Shown: positions 20,136 through 28,776 of the stretch, in pieces
How the letters are laid out: each line of letters starts with the position of its first letter
How positions within the stretch are numbered: the first letter of the stretch is position 1
Origin: Opitutales bacterium
GTDB lineage: Bacteria; Verrucomicrobiota; Verrucomicrobiia; Opitutales; UBA2995
Assembly: GCA_965218995.1 (NCBI GenBank)
Contig: CBDCML010000003.1
Location: 1,050,523 to 1,114,522, forward strand
Direction of reading: 5' to 3'
DNA length: 64,000 nucleotides
The notes under the pieces: generated by a model
The model's input: the letters and a program-made list of their open reading frames with translations, nothing else
Databases searched by the model: none
What the model was told of the DNA's origin: nothing
Position numbers and translations under genes: made by a program

Positions 20136-21683
20136 TCAAACCTGCTCGACCTCAAAGGCTGTCAGGTTGCGGGCATTCTTGCTGAACTCGACGGCGACCA
20201 GGAAAATCGGCTGGCCCAGGCCGCGGTACTTGTCGGCGTAGCACTTCGCCTTCAATTGTGCCATGGCGGCCCCTTCTCCCGCCATCTCGACCACCTTGAA
20301 TTCGAAGAGGTAGACGTTGTCGTTGAAGCGGACCGCCATGTCGAGGCGGCCGTGGCTGCTGCTGTCCTCCACCACGATGTCCAGCTCCAGCGCCGCAAAA
20401 TAGGAGTAGAACACGCTGGCGTAGTAACCCTCGTAATTGGCGATGTCGTTATTCGTGTACCACTCGTAAGGAATGCCAGCGAAAAACGCCTGAAACAAGG
20501 TCTCGAGCCCGGCGAAGTCGTTGGCGAGCAGCAGGTCGTAGAGCCGGGCGCTGTGTTCCTCTCGACGGGAGGCATCCCCCGTCATGTGATTCAGCAGGCT
20601 CTCGTTCAGACTTTGCCTCACCTCCAGATTGGGATAGCCCAGTCGGTAATAGATCCTCCTGCCGCGCGGCTCGGTGCGGCGAATGGTCAGGTAGCCGGTT
20701 TGAAACAGTAGCGCCTCCGTCCCGATATGATCGACGTCAAAGGCCGACAGCAGGTCGCTGCTTCCCAACATGTCGCCTAGAGCCAGCGAACTCACTTTTC
20801 GGCTGAACAGGGTCTCGACCAGAAACGAGGGCGTACCCGTCTCGAACCACCAAGCGCCGAACTCGCGCTTGTCGAAGAGTAGCAGGATGTCGAAAGGGTT
20901 GTACACCTTCTCAATTCCGAGCCAACCGTAGCCGTTGTACCAGTCGCGGATTTCGTCCCGGTCCAGACCGGGAAGTTCCGGGGCGAATACCTTATCGAGA
21001 TCCGAGTCAGTGTAACCACATATGGCTGAATAGCGCGCGTCCAAGGTGATGTCCTTGAGGTTGTTGAGGCCGGAGAACAGGCTGACCTTGGAGAACTTGC
21101 TCACCCCGGTTAAGAAGCTGAAACGAATGTGCGCGTCGGAGAACTTCACGGTCGAATATAGACTGCGCAGGTAGTCGCGGTTGGCGCGGGCCACCTCGGG
21201 AGCGTCAAGAGTATCGAGGATCGGCTTGTCGTACTCGTCCACCAGCACCACGACGCGCTGACCGGTACGCTCGTGCAGAGTCTTGATCAGATGGCGCAAG
21301 CGGGCTGAGGCAGTGTTGTAGCGCGCGGGGACCGCCGTTTCGTCCCCCAAGGCGTCCAGTTGTGCCGTTACTTCCTTCCGCAAGTCCTCCGGTCCTTGGT
21401 AGTTACCGCTGCTGAAGTCGAGGCGCAATACGGGATAACGAACCGACCAGTCCCATTTATCATGGATGTCCAACCCCTCGAACAGCGGCTCGTTGCCCTC
21501 GAACAGTTCCTTGCAGGTGTCGAGGAACAGGCTTTTGCCGAACCGCCGCGGGCGCGACAGGAAATAGTGCGTGCCCTCGTCGAGCAGCCGCTGGATGTAG
21601 GCCGTTTTGTCGACGTAGTAGCAATCCTCCTCGCGGATTTTGCGAAAGGTCTGGATTCCAATGGGTAGTCTGCGTCTCTTCAT
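20136..21683 (-). CDS. AAA-ATPase_like (PF09820-type) / PD-(D/E)xK (PDDEXK_9-type) fusion protein
   Basis: 515 aa. The N-terminus is LPIGIQTFRKIREEDCYYVDKTAYIQRLL...FLSRPRRFGKSLFLDT. The C-terminus has a nuclease-like ...GRLDMAVRFNDNVYLFEFKVVE. Confidence 0.8.
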   Translation of the reverse strand: MKRRRLPIGIQTFRKIREEDCYYVDKTAYIQRLLDEGTHYFLSRPRRFGKSLFLDTCKELFEGNEPLFEGLDIHDKWDWSVRYPVLRLDFSSGNYQGPEDLRKEVTAQLDALGDETAVPARYNTASARLRHLIKTLHERTGQRVVVLVDEYDKPILDTLDAPEVARANRDYLRSLYSTVKFSDAHIRFSFLTGVSKFSKVSLFSGLNNLKDITLDARYSAICGYTDSDLDKVFAPELPGLDRDEIRDWYNGYGWLGIEKVYNPFDILLLFDKREFGAWWFETGTPSFLVETLFSRKVSSLALGDMLGSSDLLSAFDVDHIGTEALLFQTGYLTIRRTEPRGRRIYYRLGYPNLEVRQSLNESLLNHMTGDASRREEHSARLYDLLLANDFAGLETLFQAFFAGIPYEWYTNNDIANYEGYYASVFYSYFAALELDIVVEDSSSHGRLDMAVRFNDNVYLFEFKVVEMAGEGAAMAQLKAKCYADKYRGLGQPIFLVAVEFSKNARNLTAFEVEQV

Positions 21684-21845
21684 GGCCAGTAGCTTCCTGC
21701 AGTGTATGAGAGCCTATTGAAACGAGTCATGGAGGAGTAACCGCAGAATACGCAGATGAACCCAGATTGAAAGTGAAAAAGGCGGTTTAAAATTGACCCA
21801 CCTGATAGGAGAAAGCGGGAGTGGGGAACGACCCTGCTGGGATCG

Positions 21846-21967
21846 GAATTAGGAATGAAGAATGGTGGTTGATAATGCGATACGGACCAAATCTTACACG
21901 GGGGGTTTGGAGCATTTTTTGAAACCGCAGATTCGAAAAAAGGAGTGGGGAAATTCCTGTCCCCCAC
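21846..21967. repeat. family-D MITE-like unit, copy 2, inserted into cas2 remnant #2
   Basis: Aligns with 10461-10580. Cas2 homology stops abruptly at about 21982, where this unit and its short flank begin. Confidence 0.75.
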
Positions 21968-21981
21968 GGAAAAGGAGGGGT

Positions 21982-22092
21982 CTGGCACTCGAACACGGAA
22001 ATTTGCAAGTGGTCTCCCCATGCTTTCATGGTCTTGAAGACCTTCCGCAAGCGCTTCGGACCGGAAATGTCGTAAGAAACGATGTAGGTGTT
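21982..22092 (-). pseudogene. cas2: cas2 5' remnant #2 (no start codon, truncated after ~37 codons)
   Basis: NTYIVSYDISGPKRLRKVFKTMKAWGDHLQISVFECQ. More than 90% DNA identity to remnant #1 by eye. TAA occupies the expected start position. Confidence 0.8.
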
Positions 22093-22165
22093 TTATAGGG
22101 GAACCCCCCTCTCGTTTACTGGGGCCATCGTCGCGGCTCAATGGGCTGGCCTGAATTCGCCTGGT

Positions 22166-23290
22166 TCATGTATCGTCGAGCCAGCTCATAACGAGCTGAG
22201 TAAGTTGGTAGTCTTTGTCCTTCTCTGGTCTTTTCGCCTGACTTGTTTCCTTCCACTTTTTTATCTCCCTCATTTTATCCCTTACCCATTTCGCTGCTTC
22301 TACTTTGTCGTTACCTTCCCAGCGGTTGTTTTTTATTTCAATTAGGACTGCAGTATGTTCGGGCATGTTCTTGTTCTGTCGGCCTTCGAGGACTTCCTCA
22401 ATGTCACGTACGACCGGAGGCAGCGCGGCAAGCCGTTTTTCTTGTTCACGCACTTCCTGCTCGGCGAGCTCTTGGCTACGAAGTTTTTCCGTTTCGTCCA
22501 TATTCTGTAGAAATCGTCCATATCCGACCGAAGTCTTTGCACCAATGCCGATCCATTCCAGAGCTTTTTCTAGCCAACCGAGGACAGTTTCGCAGTGTTC
22601 CCTGGCTTCATCGGATTGTCGCCTGGGAACAATGGCAAAGTGGAAGGTTGTATTTTCCTCGACTACCAGAAACGGTATGGGGACCGGGCTGATCCAGTCA
22701 CCGGGCGGTTTGCCTTTCTGATAGTAGTCGGTGTAATGTGGCGTCATGACGTCGGCTTTCAAACCAACAGGTTTCAAGGGCAAGGCGTCGAGGAAAGCCA
22801 CCTGTCCTACTTGTTGTTGTGAACCCAGAATGCTCTGGCGCCTTTCCTTCTCACCCCGCCAATACTTGATCCAGGCGCCGACCATGCCCTTGACGGAAGA
22901 GCCCGGCAGATAGGGAACGCCGAGGGTAGGGTGCCAGAGAAAACCGTTTTCAACGGGATGCTCGCGCCCCAGTCCGGTCACGAAGGAGCTTGTCGTACGC
23001 ATGAGGAGCCATTGGCCATCCAATCCTTTGACAAGTTTCAGTTGGCGCTGGACGAATTGTTGCAGTTCCTCGCGGTCTCCGCAAGGCTGCTTCGTAACCG
23101 TGGCTATCCATTTTTGTTTGTCAAATTGAGGAGTTCGGTCTTGGGACGCGGGATCAAGAATGGTCCCGCTCCACTGATTGCAGAACTTGTCGTACCATAA
23201 GCCGACATTGCCGCCGTCGGGCAGCTTGGCAATATCCGCTTCCTGGTAGAGAGGGCGTTCAGGCATCGTCTTGTCCCTTTCGTGTGGCAC
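22166..23290 (-). CDS. cmr6: type III-B RAMP protein Cmr6 with ~114-aa C-terminal extension
   Basis: GLWYDKF..., GSSVKGMVGAW, and the G-rich loop GIGAKTSVGYGRF at residues about 248-260 of 374. Last gene of the cmr operon. Confidence 0.85.
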   Translation of the reverse strand: MPHERDKTMPERPLYQEADIAKLPDGGNVGLWYDKFCNQWSGTILDPASQDRTPQFDKQKWIATVTKQPCGDREELQQFVQRQLKLVKGLDGQWLLMRTTSSFVTGLGREHPVENGFLWHPTLGVPYLPGSSVKGMVGAWIKYWRGEKERRQSILGSQQQVGQVAFLDALPLKPVGLKADVMTPHYTDYYQKGKPPGDWISPVPIPFLVVEENTTFHFAIVPRRQSDEAREHCETVLGWLEKALEWIGIGAKTSVGYGRFLQNMDETEKLRSQELAEQEVREQEKRLAALPPVVRDIEEVLEGRQNKNMPEHTAVLIEIKNNRWEGNDKVEAAKWVRDKMREIKKWKETSQAKRPEKDKDYQLTQLVMSWLDDT

Positions 23291-23690
23291 TCAAATAGGC
23301 CGCGGCGAATTTCTTCAACCAAATCAGGTATTGCTGGGATTCGGCTTGAGCGCGCAGATAATGTTGCTGGTCATGGTGGGTAATCGCCTGGAGCAGGTCT
23401 TCTTCATTTCGATACGGCGCGTCTTCGTCGCCGCCGCACAGCCAACCTTGCAAGTCTCTATAGAGCAGGGCGTGAGGATCCATCTTTTTTCCTTTGGCGG
23501 CCGCGAGCAACGTCGCCATTGCCTGCCCGAGACCATTTTGCAGAATTGTTGTCGGCAAGGCCTTGGCGTAACTCAAATACCCACCTTCGCCGTTCTCATT
23601 CAGATTTCGGTGTTTTTTAACAACCTTCAAGGCGTGCGCGGCGCGGCGTTGATCAAGATTCTGGCTGCTCATGGGTTGTCTTGCTTGCAT
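23259..23690 (-). CDS. cmr5: type III-B small subunit Cmr5
   Basis: 143 aa, helical, with YAKALPTTILQNGLGQAMATLLAA. Positioned between cmr4 and cmr6. Confidence 0.85.
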   Translation of the reverse strand: MQARQPMSSQNLDQRRAAHALKVVKKHRNLNENGEGGYLSYAKALPTTILQNGLGQAMATLLAAAKGKKMDPHALLYRDLQGWLCGGDEDAPYRNEEDLLQAITHHDQQHYLRAQAESQQYLIWLKKFAAAYLSATRKGQDDA

Positions 23691-24511
23691 ATTACGTTGA
23701 ACCAGCCCTGGCCGATCGTTTCGTTGCCGCCCACCTGGAGATAGGGACGGTTCTTGAACAAATCGACGATTGGGTTTATGGCGTTCGCGGAAACATCCCT
23801 GTCCGCCAACACCGCGTACATCAATGTGTCCGGCGGCAGGGTTTCCTCATACCACAGATTCAGGCTCTGTTTGTGGTCGTCAAGCGCGTTGCGTGCCTGC
23901 ACGGCGAGGCCGGAACGGGCAAACCAGGCAAAGTCGTCGTCGCTCAGCGCCACCAATTGTTTCCGTAACCTGCCACGAGCTTGGGTGTTTCCCATCAGGT
24001 CGCCGATGACCTGTATCCAGCCATTCAGGGCCGCGCTTGGTTGGTTGTTGTCGGACGAGGTTGGTTTGAAACTGCGTTCTTCGAGGTAGAGTGTGCCGTC
24101 GGCATTGCCAGAATCAAGGTAGCGACCTTCATCACACCGCAGCGTTCCATTGGGGGATTTTCTGATGCCGGATCTCTTGAGGTCGCGGGTCAACCGCTCC
24201 AGCAGATGGGGGCAGGTCGCCCAGCGGTAGGCGCCGGTCAGGCTGCGGACCGGAAGCAGCAGTAGTCGCGCATCGGACACCAGCAGGCCCCCTGCCCGAT
24301 CCTGTTGGCCAAAAATGCGCTTCTCTTCGGCAGGGTCCATGTTCCGTTGGCTCGCCGCGTCGAGCAAAGCTCCCTTCAAGCTGGAGCCGGCGATGTACGG
24401 ATAATCCGTCGCCGCCTCACGGACCACCGGAAGATCAATGACGCCGCCTGTCTGTCCCGCGCCGGGATGGATGAAGGTTTCGGCCAGCAGACCGAGTATT
24501 ACATGTTTCAT
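23669..24511 (-). CDS. cmr4: type III-B backbone RAMP Cmr4
   Basis: LLAETFIHPGAGQTGGVIDLPVVREAATDYPYIAGSSLKGALLD, which includes the catalytic-type Asp in IDLP. Confidence 0.9.
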   Translation of the reverse strand: MKHVILGLLAETFIHPGAGQTGGVIDLPVVREAATDYPYIAGSSLKGALLDAASQRNMDPAEEKRIFGQQDRAGGLLVSDARLLLLPVRSLTGAYRWATCPHLLERLTRDLKRSGIRKSPNGTLRCDEGRYLDSGNADGTLYLEERSFKPTSSDNNQPSAALNGWIQVIGDLMGNTQARGRLRKQLVALSDDDFAWFARSGLAVQARNALDDHKQSLNLWYEETLPPDTLMYAVLADRDVSANAINPIVDLFKNRPYLQVGGNETIGQGWFNVICKQDNP

Positions 24512-24533
24512 AACGAAGTCTCCATTCTACTAT

Positions 24534-25667
24534 TCAGTTGGTGGGCCATCTTCCGACAGCGACGAGTCCGAAGCCCCAGTCCGCGCGGTTGCCGATAGCC
24601 TTGCCATGCATTTGTTTGATTTTTTCAACGTCTCCCGCCCCGGCTTTCAGGAACAACACGCTGCCGGGCGCCAGGTGCGGACGGAGCGCCAAGGGCCTAC
24701 GGGCCACCGAATCCCAGCCTCCAATCAACACGGGGCGGGGCAGGCAAGCGCTCACGACTCGCCCGGGCAGTCCGGCGTATCCTTCCTCTCCAGGATGCGG
24801 AGGGGCCTTCGTATCCGCCGGGGTGAGGACGACCGCCATATAGCGAAGCGTCTCCCCTGAAGGGCGCAAATCGGGCGGGTCGGGAAGACGCAACGGGCTT
24901 TCCTCCAAAAGCAGCCAGCAGGCCCGCGACTCACCGCCCACCGGGTGCAAATCGCTACGCAGAGCATCCATGCCTGCTTGCGGCAATCCTTGCGCTTCCA
25001 TCGCCAGCGACACCCTTCTTTCCAGACGGATATGGGAAGACGAATACAGGGCGCCTTCCTCGGTGGTACGGGTGTCCTGGGAACGTACAATGCCAACCCG
25101 AGGCTCGTGTTTCCATAGAGTATGGCGATAGACGAGGTGGTCTTTCTCAGGTGTCTTTCCCTGCAACAATACTTCAAGGCCCGGGGCAGTAATCCACCAT
25201 CCCTTTTTCAGTAAGGGTTTGGCGCCTTGTGTTGCGCCTTTGGAAACCGGCAAAGAAACATCGGAACCGAGATCGCAAATCGTGCCAGAGTCTCGACAGG
25301 GGGAAAGCAAGTGCAAGGACTCGATGACTACTTGTTTCCGGTCTTCGATGGTTTTTCCAAGCAGATGCGCTGGTGCAGGAAACAAAGATTCGCTTCCTTC
25401 GTTCGTTTCCCGAACCAGAATCGGTCCTCGGAAACGCAGTGGCCCCAGGTCATTACCATCGCCAAGGCGGTCGTGAATGCGTTTTTCCCAGGGACCGCCC
25501 CGCCAGCCCAGAGCCCGTGCGCAGGCGGCCCGAACCGCGCCCACTAGGGTCGGCGGCGCAGGCGGAAAAATGCTTGTGACACCAGCTTGGCTGAGCTCTC
25601 CCTGGTTGTAGGGTCGGCCATCCCGGAAGAAGAGGGTGTCCAGCGGCTCGAAGCGCACCAGCGTCAT
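24534..25667 (-). CDS. cmr3: type III-B Cmr3
   Basis: N-terminus FEPLDTLFFRDGRPYNQGE. Its start overlaps the cas10 stop by 4 bp. Confidence 0.88.
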   Translation of the reverse strand: MTLVRFEPLDTLFFRDGRPYNQGELSQAGVTSIFPPAPPTLVGAVRAACARALGWRGGPWEKRIHDRLGDGNDLGPLRFRGPILVRETNEGSESLFPAPAHLLGKTIEDRKQVVIESLHLLSPCRDSGTICDLGSDVSLPVSKGATQGAKPLLKKGWWITAPGLEVLLQGKTPEKDHLVYRHTLWKHEPRVGIVRSQDTRTTEEGALYSSSHIRLERRVSLAMEAQGLPQAGMDALRSDLHPVGGESRACWLLLEESPLRLPDPPDLRPSGETLRYMAVVLTPADTKAPPHPGEEGYAGLPGRVVSACLPRPVLIGGWDSVARRPLALRPHLAPGSVLFLKAGAGDVEKIKQMHGKAIGNRADWGFGLVAVGRWPTN

Positions 25668-27586
25668 GGCGTTCCTTCCTTCTCAGTTGAAGCGTCGAAA
25701 CGGGCCGTCTCCGCCAGAAAGCGTGCGATGAAGGCGCCTTCCAACTGGAAAGCGGAGTCCTTGCCTGGCGACTCGTCTCCCCGTTGCGTGCCACAGGCGG
25801 CGAGGAGGGTAGAAACAGCCCTCTCCGCCTTCCGTTGTTTAACTTCGTCTTTAAGCGCAGTGCTCTTGATATATTCGGCCAGAACAATGGCGCGGCGATC
25901 CTCTGCGTTGCTATCATTGAGCAAGGCACCGTAGCGTTGCCGCAGGTGATAGAAGAACCCCTGGGAATAATCGTCTCCCCGAATTCGGTCCCGGAGGCTG
26001 AGAAGCGCTTCCGGCAAAATTCCGAAGCGGCCCACCCAACGAGCTTTGACGGCACCGGGCAACATGATGGCGAGGGCCAGCGAATCGCGCCCGTTTCCCT
26101 CCTTAGCTGTGCCGTCCAACTCCTCGTGGGCAAGTTTCCTCACTTCGCGCAACGGATTGTGGTAGTGGGCGAAGATGACCGCGCAGGACGCCGTGGCCTG
26201 CTCGTTGCCATTGGCGGTGATTATATTCTTGAAAGCCTTTTGGTAAGCCTCCCCCAGGTCGATGGAGCAATCAATCGCGTGGGTGACCGGCAGCATTGCC
26301 AGAACGTCATCTCCGCCGGCGTACACGGTCACGCCGTTGTGCCCCCGAACGATCTCCGGGACATCCTTCACAAACTTTGCCAGCGACTCAGAAACGACTT
26401 GTTCCCTCTTTTCCCGCAACAATTTGCCTAGGCGGTCGCCGTCCATCATCAGCAGCGCGTAGAAAGGTTGGGCAGTACCGCCGACCGCTTTGCCAAGCTC
26501 TCCCAGTTCCTTTAGCAACTGTTGGCGAAGCGCCTCGTCGGGGTCATCCGCGTCTGATTCTTTACTGTCATTCAGAGGCGTGGCGCGCGAGTTGGCCAGT
26601 GCCGTTTCGAGAAATAGATTGCCGTCCAGATCAGCGCCCTCTCCGAGTGCGACGAGTGCGGGTAATTGTATTGCGCCTTCGCGGCTGAGCTTTTTAAATG
26701 TCTCCTCGCCAACGGTCTCTCGCACAGCTTTGACGTAAGTGGACAAACGCTCCTGACGGGCCTTGCCTTCAGCGAGGTGAGCCAGCCAGGGTGCAACCGC
26801 CAAGTAGACCGTCGAAGGCCAGTTTCGCACCTCGAACCGCCATCCGATTGTCTTTTTCAGAACCTGCTTTTCCAGCTTGGGAAACAAGCGCTTGACCAGG
26901 GCAACGGCACACAGGCGTTCGCCGTCCCGAAGGTCGAGTCGGCCCATGCTCCTTTGCAACCCTTTCCAGAAGGCGTCTTGCCGCTGCCGCTCGCGGCTGC
27001 GCACAAACCCGGACAATTCCTGCCAGTCGCCCATGACGGTGCAGTGGTCCCCGTCCTCTTCCGGCGGCCAATGGAAACGCCAGTTCTTACGGGCGTCCAA
27101 CCAGGGGTTGTCGCTGCCGTCCACTGGGTCGGCGCCCATGACCCACTGGATCTCCCAGAATCCGTCGATTTGGCGATCCCAAATGGTACGGGTGTTACGT
27201 CCATGACCGGCCGTGGGTTCGACGAATTTCCACCAAACCTGCTCGGCCAGGGCCGACCATTTCTGCTTGGCGACGTTCACGACGTTCTCGGGCTCAAACG
27301 ACGTCGGCACCGATGCCTTGAACCGGTTCGGCAGAGAGCCGATGACGGGAAGCGACGCATTCGCCAATGGTTTGCCCAGTATCGCCGCCAACAGCGAGTC
27401 TTTGGGGCTGTCGATCGTGCCCACGGAGGGAAACAGTATCTGCCCACCCTGACGTACAGTTTCCGCCATGAGTTGCCCTGCCATCCACGACAGTAGAAAT
27501 GATCCGGCCCAGAAATCGCGTGTGCGCCGGGCCTGGGCAACGAAGCCCTGCACCGGTCCGATGGAAATATGGAGGTGCTTGGTCAC
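25664..27586 (-). CDS. cas10: Cas10/Cmr2, short form lacking an HD domain
   Basis: 640 aa. The N-terminus is HISIGPVQGFVAQARRTRDFWAGSFLLSW. Palm motifs LLMMDGDRLG and VYAGGDDVLAML are present. I found no HD dipeptide anywhere in the protein. Confidence 0.9.
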   Translation of the reverse strand: MTKHLHISIGPVQGFVAQARRTRDFWAGSFLLSWMAGQLMAETVRQGGQILFPSVGTIDSPKDSLLAAILGKPLANASLPVIGSLPNRFKASVPTSFEPENVVNVAKQKWSALAEQVWWKFVEPTAGHGRNTRTIWDRQIDGFWEIQWVMGADPVDGSDNPWLDARKNWRFHWPPEEDGDHCTVMGDWQELSGFVRSRERQRQDAFWKGLQRSMGRLDLRDGERLCAVALVKRLFPKLEKQVLKKTIGWRFEVRNWPSTVYLAVAPWLAHLAEGKARQERLSTYVKAVRETVGEETFKKLSREGAIQLPALVALGEGADLDGNLFLETALANSRATPLNDSKESDADDPDEALRQQLLKELGELGKAVGGTAQPFYALLMMDGDRLGKLLREKREQVVSESLAKFVKDVPEIVRGHNGVTVYAGGDDVLAMLPVTHAIDCSIDLGEAYQKAFKNIITANGNEQATASCAVIFAHYHNPLREVRKLAHEELDGTAKEGNGRDSLALAIMLPGAVKARWVGRFGILPEALLSLRDRIRGDDYSQGFFYHLRQRYGALLNDSNAEDRRAIVLAEYIKSTALKDEVKQRKAERAVSTLLAACGTQRGDESPGKDSAFQLEGAFIARFLAETARFDASTEKEGTP

Positions 27587-28776
27587 AACTTCACCTCCCG
27601 GACATCAGTAAAGGGTTCCTCGTGCCTCCTCTCAAGAAGCCGGTCCAGAAAGTCGTGAACCGGCTGATAAAGCTTATTCTCTGGCGCCTGGGGAACTGTG
27701 CTTCTGCCAACTGAAATGTCCGACTTGCCTTTGGGTAGGAACCACGCAGGCAGGAACGACAGCACCGCGACCGGAGTATTACCGCATTCGTGAATGTGAA
27801 TAAACAAGGGGCTGGCGCGGCGATCTCCATAGATGGGGATAACCTGTTTCTTCCCGTAGTTGTGGGGTAGCCCAAACGCAATGCGACGGGGATGCCTGTT
27901 CTGCAAGCTACCTTTCATCAGGTCATGGTCGTCCCAAAAATTCTTTTCCGATGGGATCTTTCCAAGGACTTTAGGGGCGCCATCGCGGTATCTACCACTA
28001 TGCCCCCAACTCCGGTACCTGACGAGTTCGCGCCCAATCAGGTTCAGCAATTCCAGGGGTTCTTTTTTGAGGCTCGATAGCAGAATGTGGCGGGCCTTTG
28101 CCGACAGCACTGTGAATTCGGGCAATCCCCCTATATTGTCGTTGCTTCGAAACGCTTTGATCGCTTCGCACAAACCGTTCATGGATTGTGGTAAACACCG
28201 CTGTTCTTCTCTGTTGACACGTATAGACCAAATGGCCAGCGAGCCATAACCCTTGCGGCTCTTGGCGCCCATGCCGCCGAGGGTTCCAAGTGCGATCAAA
28301 GCGTCTTTGAGTAAATCCAACTGCTGATTTCTGAGATCGCGGCCTCGCATCTGAATAGTGAAATTGAACGGCGCGCGTAGACAGGGGCGCGTGAGTTGTC
28401 CTTTTTTGGTACCTTTCCTCATGCTGGAAAATGCTTCCATGACGCCGTAGCCCAGATAGCGGAACCCATCCCCTACGACGTTTTTGCCAACCCTGAGCAC
28501 GTTGCCGACTTCATCCACCACTGGGTCGCCATCCAGAATCAAACGCATCAACACGCGTGACTGGCCGCCGTCCGCACTTCCGAAAAGCTCGTCTTCCTGC
28601 CTTTTAATCTCTTGAAGGCCTCCGCCGTACCGCGACCAAACCAACGCCCGCCACCAAAATCGCAGTACCCCTTTGAAACTGGGCACGCGAATTTCTGCAC
28701 GCTGCGGGTCGGCGCCAGCGCAAAACAGCGGTGTGACAACCCGGTAGGTTGCTTCAATTTCTGTCAGCTTTGCCAT
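27583..28776 (-). CDS. cmr1: type III-B RAMP Cmr1
   Basis: YRVVTPLFCAGADPQRAEIRVPSFKGVLRFWWRAL. Overlaps cas10 by 4 bp. Confidence 0.88.
   Translation of the reverse strand: MAKLTEIEATYRVVTPLFCAGADPQRAEIRVPSFKGVLRFWWRALVWSRYGGGLQEIKRQEDELFGSADGGQSRVLMRLILDGDPVVDEVGNVLRVGKNVVGDGFRYLGYGVMEAFSSMRKGTKKGQLTRPCLRAPFNFTIQMRGRDLRNQQLDLLKDALIALGTLGGMGAKSRKGYGSLAIWSIRVNREEQRCLPQSMNGLCEAIKAFRSNDNIGGLPEFTVLSAKARHILLSSLKKEPLELLNLIGRELVRYRSWGHSGRYRDGAPKVLGKIPSEKNFWDDHDLMKGSLQNRHPRRIAFGLPHNYGKKQVIPIYGDRRASPLFIHIHECGNTPVAVLSFLPAWFLPKGKSDISVGRSTVPQAPENKLYQPVHDFLDRLLERRHEEPFTDVREVKL

Noticed and set aside
20112-20711. 199-aa plus-strand ORF opposite the AAA/PD-(D/E)xK gene, and the 276-aa ORF 26666-27496 opposite cas10
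   Set aside because: Shadow ORFs antisense to well-supported genes.
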